The notes beneath the pieces were generated by a model. The model saw nothing but the letters and a program-made list of their open reading frames with translations, made no database searches and was not told the DNA's origin. From NCBI GenBank assembly GCA_902782695.1, contig CACZOE010000139.1, positions 1-43,329 of the forward strand: a stretch of 43,329 nucleotides of DNA, given 5' to 3'. Positions 37,645 to 43,329 of the stretch are shown one piece after another. The translations under genes and the position numbers were made by a program. This DNA is from an uncultured Lachnospiraceae bacterium. GTDB lineage: Bacteria > Bacillota > Clostridia > Lachnospirales > Lachnospiraceae. Position 1 is the stretch's first letter. Each line of letters starts with the position of its first letter.

Positions 37645-40600
37645 TTATTTCAGGAACTCTGAAAGGAGTTCGGAGGCTTTTTCTGCATCGAAATCCTCTA
37701 TGGCAGCCATAACATTTTTTAAGGACTCTCTGAGAAGAATTCCCTTATAATTACGGTTCTTAACTGAGTTCAGAAGCCTTTCTGCTTCAGCTATTTCGTA
37801 GGTGCCGAGCAGTTTGGAAACCTCTGATAGGATTGCCCTTAGTTCATCATCATCAGCTTCTTTATCAGGTTCTTCGCTTTCTACCTCAGATATGATGCTG
37901 CTGTTCATAACATTATCGATGTTTTCGGCATATTTTTTATACAGCTCAAGAAGGTCGTTAACTCCCCTGGAAACAGCTTTTTTATCTCCGGATTTTGAAG
38001 CGCTTTCCTGCTCAAAGGCAAGTGTAAATAATGCGTCTGCTCCGATGGTTTTGGACATACTCTTGAGTGCGTGTACATGAATCTGATAACTTTCTATATC
38101 ATCTGAATCATAGTCGTTTTTGATCTCATCTGATTTTTTCCTATGCTGACTGGCAAAATCCCTAAGTAGTTCAAAATAGAAATCAGTGTCACTGGCAGTA
38201 TAGGTCAGGCCGGATTTTGTGTTTATATTACATTCAGAGAGCTTCTGCAGCAGATATTCACTATTTGAAGATGCAGTGGAAGAAGTATCATTATCAGATG
38301 ATTTATCAGAAGCGATATCTGATATATTATCTTCATTTTGAATATCTGTATCTCCTAATGTGTACTGATCTTCAGGCAGATACTTGATAAGAAGTTCCTC
38401 AAGCTTTTGTGTATCTATCGGTTTTGAGAGATAATCATCAAAGCCTTCTTTTAAGTAGGTTTCTCTTGCGCCAACTATTGCATTTGCTGTAAGTGCGATA
38501 ACAGTAGTAGAGTTTTTCAGGAGGTTCTGCCGCTTAAGCTCATGCAGAGTCTCGATACCATCCATTTTCGGCATCATATGATCAAGAAAAACAATGCTGT
38601 AATCATTAATTCTTATTTTCTCTATGGCATCAAAACCGGAATCGGCGAGGTCAGGAACAATTCCGCTTAGCTTCAGCAGATTTGCGGCCACTTTCAGATT
38701 CATGTCATTATCGTCTACTACCAGAACCCTGGCGTCAGGTGCATGGAGAGTGAGCTCATGCTCTGACTGATTTCCGCTCCTGTGCAGACGTTCTACATAG
38801 TTTCCAATCGGACGGCTGTCGACTATTGTCTGTCTGAGAGTAAATGAGAATTCCGAACCTTCTCCATATACGCTCTTTACATGTAGTTCACTGTCCATCA
38901 TGAAAAGGAGACGATTGACTATGGCCATTCCAAGGCCGGTTCCTTCGATATTACGATTTCTCTTTTCTTCAATTCTTTCAAAGGATTGGAACAGTTTATC
39001 CAGGTCATCCTCCTTGATACCTATGCCGGTATCTTTTACTGAAAAGAAAAGATCTATATTATCGGAGTCACGTCTGACTTCCTTGATTGACAGGGTTACA
39101 GTTCCTTTTTCGGTATATTTTACTGCATTTGTCAGCAGATTCATTAATACCTGAGTTATTCTGATATCATCACCCATGAGGTCGGATGGAATATTTTCAT
39201 CTATATCAACTTCGAATGAAAGTCCCTTGGATTTTGCCCGGCCCATTATGGAATTGACTAGATTGTTGATGGTTGAAGAGGTGTTGTAAGTAACAGGTAT
39301 TATTTCCATCTTTCCATCTTCAATCTTTGAAAAGTCCAGAATGGTATTTACCAGTGAGAGAAGAGTCTTTCCTGCAGACTGGATGTTTGATGAACATTCA
39401 AGAACCTCTTTTTCTTTAGACTCATGAAGAATCATTTCATTCATACCCAGAATGGCGTTAATTGGGGTACGTATTTCGTGAGACATATTCGCAAGGAAAT
39501 CACTCTTGGCCTTGTTTGCAGAATCAGCGAGTCTGATTTGCTGCTGCAGGGAGGTGGACATGGTCTGGAGACTCTGGGACAGGATACCTATCTCATCTTC
39601 ACTCCTGACACTCATTTCCTCGCTGAAATCACCATGTGCATAATGTTCAGCAACATTTGTCATTTTCTTTAGTGGACGGGTTACAGTTTTAACCCAGATA
39701 AGTCCGATGAGAACTGCAAACATAAGTATGATCACAGATATGAACAGCTGCTGTCTGAGCAGACTGTGCTGTGGAGTATTGATCTCGCTCAGTGGAGCAT
39801 ATATGCCCAGAATCATACCGTTCTTCAGTTCTTTGAGTATCAGCCTTTGCTGAACTCCGCTTCTGGACTGAAAGAGTTTCGGTTCATTCATACCGAGATC
39901 AAGTACGCTTTTAAAGTACTTCTGATCATCTTTACTGAGATTTTCGTAATCAATTCCGTCAGGATAATCCTCGTGATAGATTACATTTCCATCCTTATCT
40001 ATCAGGAAGGCATGTCCTGTATCATATACAGAAACCTCAGAAACAGATTCCTTCAGCAGGTCCATGCTGATATCCATGCCAATGATACCCACAGTGTAGC
40101 CCTTGTAATAATAAGGGATAATGTAGGAAATCATATCAACACCGAGATTTGCGTTGTAATAGGGATCCATCCACATAGGGACGCCGGCTTCAATAGGAAT
40201 GTAGTACCAGCCAACATGCTCCAGATCATCTGGTTCATAGAGACTCATGTCTGTAGGAACTGAAGGCTGCCAGGAATTATCAGAAAGATTGATAGTGTAC
40301 CAGAAACCGCTGATGGAACCATACTTCTCCGGATCGTAACGAAGGTAAACTGCCATTGCACCACGGGTGTTTTCTGCAATACTTTTACCGAGCTCAGAAA
40401 CGTCATAGGTATAATTGTCACGTTCTTTCTCATCTATCAAAAAAGAAGTATAGGTCTCTGCACGTTTATTTGCATAGTTAAAAATAGTACCGACGGACTG
40501 CTCCGTAGAACGGAAATTGTCATCGATTACATTTGCATAATAATCCGCAACAGAAACAAGAATGTCCTTGGAATCATCATTCAGAATAGCATTCGTTCTT

Positions 40601-40686
40601 ATGGTGGATGTAATGAGGAATACACCCACAACTACGATAATAAGCGCTGATATAACTGAAATCAGCTTTGTTTGAATAGACTTCAT
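37645..40686 (-). CDS. Hybrid sensor histidine kinase (TM-dCache-TM-HAMP-HisKA-HATPase-REC-Hpt)
   Basis: WY..P/WMDPYY Cache motifs; DEIGIL HAMP; FLANMSHEIRTP; NLLTNAVKYT, DTGIGI, GTGLGM; VVDDN/FLDHMMP/SKP receiver; HVHALKS Hpt. Confidence 0.93.
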   Translation of the reverse strand: MKSIQTKLISVISALIIVVVGVFLITSTIRTNAILNDDSKDILVSVADYYANVIDDNFRSTEQSVGTIFNYANKRAETYTSFLIDEKERDNYTYDVSELGKSIAENTRGAMAVYLRYDPEKYGSISGFWYTINLSDNSWQPSVPTDMSLYEPDDLEHVGWYYIPIEAGVPMWMDPYYNANLGVDMISYIIPYYYKGYTVGIIGMDISMDLLKESVSEVSVYDTGHAFLIDKDGNVIYHEDYPDGIDYENLSKDDQKYFKSVLDLGMNEPKLFQSRSGVQQRLILKELKNGMILGIYAPLSEINTPQHSLLRQQLFISVIILMFAVLIGLIWVKTVTRPLKKMTNVAEHYAHGDFSEEMSVRSEDEIGILSQSLQTMSTSLQQQIRLADSANKAKSDFLANMSHEIRTPINAILGMNEMILHESKEKEVLECSSNIQSAGKTLLSLVNTILDFSKIEDGKMEIIPVTYNTSSTINNLVNSIMGRAKSKGLSFEVDIDENIPSDLMGDDIRITQVLMNLLTNAVKYTEKGTVTLSIKEVRRDSDNIDLFFSVKDTGIGIKEDDLDKLFQSFERIEEKRNRNIEGTGLGMAIVNRLLFMMDSELHVKSVYGEGSEFSFTLRQTIVDSRPIGNYVERLHRSGNQSEHELTLHAPDARVLVVDDNDMNLKVAANLLKLSGIVPDLADSGFDAIEKIRINDYSIVFLDHMMPKMDGIETLHELKRQNLLKNSTTVIALTANAIVGARETYLKEGFDDYLSKPIDTQKLEELLIKYLPEDQYTLGDTDIQNEDNISDIASDKSSDNDTSSTASSNSEYLLQKLSECNINTKSGLTYTASDTDFYFELLRDFASQHRKKSDEIKNDYDSDDIESYQIHVHALKSMSKTIGADALFTLAFEQESASKSGDKKAVSRGVNDLLELYKKYAENIDNVMNSSIISEVESEEPDKEADDDELRAILSEVSKLLGTYEIAEAERLLNSVKNRNYKGILLRESLKNVMAAIEDFDAEKASELLSEFLK

Positions 40687-40821
40687 ATATATATTTTAAC
40701 CCCTTATACTGCATACACCCAGGTAGTATTTCACTAATAAAAAGTATAAGTGTAATGGGGCGAAAATACAAGAAAAAAGTGGCTTTATGTATGATAGATA
40801 TCCTACTACATTTAAATGGTT

Positions 40822-41862
40822 TTACAGTTGGTAGCTTTCCAAAACATACTCATCAAAGAATGGAAGAATAAAAGTTATACGTCCATATGTATCATCATTA
40901 ATGAGACCCCGTTTTTTCAAACGTTTTTTGTATGGGTTAAACCCATTAGTATCAATATCTATGACCTTGCGGATGTCAACTATTCTGTCTGATTCTGATT
41001 TTGCGATAGCATATAGGATGAGTTTGTCCTTTGCAGAAACCTCTGACCAGATTTTATCATATACATAGTCGTAAAGGTAATTCTTATACTCGTCTAAGGA
41101 AGATATGTATTTTCCGTCGTTTTCCCATGTGAAGTATCCAAGCACCTGGAACGCAAAAGGATAGCCTTTAGTATATCCTGCCATTTGTAAAGCGTCAGTT
41201 GTTTTTATATCCAGTACATTTTGGTAATTGACTGCTATATCCCTGATGCTTAAAGCCTTAAGGTCTATTCGGGGAGCTCTGTAAAGAAATGTAAGATTTT
41301 TTACATTTTGCAGTTCATTGATGTTTTCATATAGACCGGTCATGAGAAGGTATATTGGAAGCTTATGGCGTACAAGTATCTGATAAACACTGGCAAATTC
41401 GCGCATAGACTTGTTGTTTATTACTTCATCAATGGTCACAAGAACTTTCTTATTGTTCTTTTTCAGACTTTCAAGCATTTTTGTGACTGCAACCTCGATG
41501 TTAGTGATTGGTGCAACACCATTAACTTCAAATCCAAATCCGAAAAACGAAAGATTGATTTTTGCATTTTTAAAAATATGAGCCAGACTATTTTCGCTGG
41601 ACAGCTTGGATGCAAGCGATTCAAGCATGTCTGATTCTGAACTGAGTTCAACTATGATCCAGTTATCCTGCTTCTCATAATACTCTGTTATCTCAGTCAT
41701 AAAGACTGTTTTACCTGAACCCCTCAGTCCTGTTATCATATAGATCATCTGAGTTGGGTTCACTTTATTGAAATCGTTGGTAACCTTCATCAAATCAGCT
41801 TTTCTGGAAATGACTTGATTAGGCTCCTGTCCAAATATTAAAGTATATGGATTATCCTTCAT
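40822..41862 (-). CDS. P-loop ATPase (AAA/STAND-like) with probable C-terminal winged helix
   Basis: NPYT..FG N-terminus, Walker A GLRGSGKT, Walker B VTIDE, T.GYPFAFQ (GxP-like), C-terminal RLKKRGLI...F.LPFF; GAGGTGA RBS. Confidence 0.8.
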   Translation of the reverse strand: MKDNPYTLIFGQEPNQVISRKADLMKVTNDFNKVNPTQMIYMITGLRGSGKTVFMTEITEYYEKQDNWIIVELSSESDMLESLASKLSSENSLAHIFKNAKINLSFFGFGFEVNGVAPITNIEVAVTKMLESLKKNNKKVLVTIDEVINNKSMREFASVYQILVRHKLPIYLLMTGLYENINELQNVKNLTFLYRAPRIDLKALSIRDIAVNYQNVLDIKTTDALQMAGYTKGYPFAFQVLGYFTWENDGKYISSLDEYKNYLYDYVYDKIWSEVSAKDKLILYAIAKSESDRIVDIRKVIDIDTNGFNPYKKRLKKRGLINDDTYGRITFILPFFDEYVLESYQL

Positions 41863-41873
41863 GGTTTCACCTC

Positions 41874-41966
41874 TTTTACTACTTTTTTACTGGTTCTGGG
41901 TGGTTTTACTGGTTTTTTACTACTCTTTACTGGATTTTAATAATTTTACTGGTTTTTTACTGGTTT
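41874..41966. repeat. Helically phased array of TTTACT(GG/AC) repeats over the ATPase promoter and leader
   Basis: TTTACT at 41875, 41886, 41905, 41916, 41926, 41945 and 41956, plus TTTAAT at 41936. Confidence 0.85.
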
Positions 41967-41972
41967 TGTCAA
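41943..41972 (-). promoter_or_regulatory. Sigma-A promoter of the ATPase gene
   Basis: Minus strand TTGACA (41972-41967), 18-nt spacer, TAAAAT (41948-41943). Confidence 0.65.
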
Positions 41973-42082
41973 GGGGGCGCAAAGAGAAAATGCTCTATAT
42001 ATGATAGAAAAACCTATGGATAAGTGATAAAATGTAAATGTGCTTTTATGATAAAGTTTCTGTGATTTGGAAGGAGAGGGAG

Positions 42083-43329
42083 ATGACAAGACTAAAAAAG
42101 GGGATAGCAGTAGTTTTGTGTGCGGCTATGCTTGCGGGAAATGTGGTTACTCCTGTGAGTGATGTTCTAGCTGCATCAGCTGAAGAAACTGCATATACGG
42201 CAGCCTCAAAGGACCTTGAGGCAAAGACCGCAGCATATAACAGTGCCAAGACAGAGAAGGAAAATGCGGCTTCTTCATATGAGAAGATTCAGGGAGAATT
42301 AAAAACAGCCCAGACAGCAGTTGAAAATGCAAAGAAAGAGGCTGAGTCCTCAAAGAAGACCTACGAGGAAAAGAAGAAAGTAGTTGATTCCCAGGAGAGC
42401 GGCTATAAGGAAGCATCAGCTAAGAAGGCAAAGGGTAGTTATGCATTCTTTGAAAGTCTCGGAAGTGAAGGGGCTATGAATGCACTTACTTCCTGTACCT
42501 ATAAGGATAAAATAAATATGGGTGCAGATGGCGATGCAACTTCTCTTGAAAATGTAAGCAAGACCTTTGAACAGATGAAATATCTGAATGATCTCAGAAA
42601 GAAGCTGGGACTGGGAGAGCTGAAGGTTACGAGCACACTCATGGCTCAGGCTGAGGCAGACTGTGATTATTCTGATTCTGTCGTAGCACATGCAATGCAG
42701 TTTAATGTAGGCGAGAATCTGGCTTGGAACTTCGGGTCGAATCCATATACGCAGTGGTATGATAATGAAAAGGTTATATTTGATAATGCTGCAAAGTCTT
42801 TGGGACAGAACTCTGAACTTTTGGGAAAAGCGGCCTATGATTATTACAATGCTCATGAAGATGCTGTTGATTACTATATAGCAAATAATTATTCAGGAAA
42901 AAGTGTCGGTCATTATATGAATGATATTGATCCATACTATACAGTTACCGGATTTGCAATCAATTCCAAGGGTACCATGTATCCATATACCTATGGCCAG
43001 GTGTTTGATTATTCGTCATCGGAAGACTCATATACGGTTGATGAATATGAAAAACTCTTTAAGGATTATTCAACAGATATCTTTAATACGATAGAGACAT
43101 ACGAAAAAGCAAAAGCTGCTATGGATACTGCCCTTGAATCAAAGAACAGTGCAGATACAAAACTAAAGAATGCTGAAGCATCATTAAAGTCAAAGCAGAC
43201 CGAGCTTTCGAATGCTGAGACCAGAAATAAAACAGCAGCAAGTGCATTTGAAACAGCAGAGTCTGAATTTAATGTGGCAACTGCAGTTTTTGCCAGTGCA
43301 GAGGCAGCCTATAAGGCTTATGTTGCAAA
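42083..43329 (+). CDS. Secreted coiled-coil protein with CAP/SCP domain, 3'-truncated by the window edge (absent from the ORF track)
   Basis: AAGGAGAGGGAG RBS; MTRLKKGIAVVLCAAMLAG signal peptide; Ala/Lys/Glu heptads; LNDLRKKLGL, GENLAW and GHYMN CAP motifs; no stop seen before the window end. Confidence 0.82.
   Translation, partial: MTRLKKGIAVVLCAAMLAGNVVTPVSDVLAASAEETAYTAASKDLEAKTAAYNSAKTEKENAASSYEKIQGELKTAQTAVENAKKEAESSKKTYEEKKKVVDSQESGYKEASAKKAKGSYAFFESLGSEGAMNALTSCTYKDKINMGADGDATSLENVSKTFEQMKYLNDLRKKLGLGELKVTSTLMAQAEADCDYSDSVVAHAMQFNVGENLAWNFGSNPYTQWYDNEKVIFDNAAKSLGQNSELLGKAAYDYYNAHEDAVDYYIANNYSGKSVGHYMNDIDPYYTVTGFAINSKGTMYPYTYGQVFDYSSSEDSYTVDEYEKLFKDYSTDIFNTIETYEKAKAAMDTALESKNSADTKLKNAEASLKSKQTELSNAETRNKTAASAFETAESEFNVATAVFASAEAAYKAYVA

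Noticed and set aside
37645-40686. Hybrid kinase as regulator of the glycan locus or of the WalR box
   Set aside because: It is convergent and separated by a terminator, has a common architecture, and has no cognate DNA-binding regulator or evidence of a link.
41874-41966. Possible CRISPR array or replication origin
   Set aside because: Units are only about 10 bp with no unique spacers, and there is no cas or rep gene; kept as a regulatory repeat.

Overview
AT-rich Firmicute (Clostridia, probably Lachnospiraceae-like) chromosomal window. Positions 1-25.1 kb are a co-oriented cell-surface glycopolymer locus: Wzm/Wzt ABC exporter, GtrA flippase, GT2 and DUF4422 glycosyltransferases, GT-C-like membrane proteins (DUF6020/DUF6077-like), two LtaS/GacH-like phosphoglycerol transferases, rmlA, and several secreted paralog pairs. 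Embedded in it is an MBOAT + acyl-carrier protein + adenylation enzyme module whose ligase is fused to a nitroreductase domain. Next come a large amidase/glucosaminidase autolysin with a WalR-type box and a palindromic operator, then an Asn-specifier T-box driving a single-ORF AspRS-GatC fusion plus gatA and gatB, with rmlB abutting gatB. A GT2 and an Ig/NlpC-P60 protein follow. On the minus strand are a hybrid histidine kinase and an AAA/STAND-like ATPase whose promoter is covered by a helically phased repeat array, and the window ends in a truncated secreted CAP-domain gene. Best candidates for undescribed biology: the Dlt-like acylation system with a built-in flavin redox domain, the covalently tethered transamidosome (AspRS-GatC), and two helveticin-J-like secreted proteins inside a glycan locus. 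All family calls come from motif recognition by eye; no searches were run.
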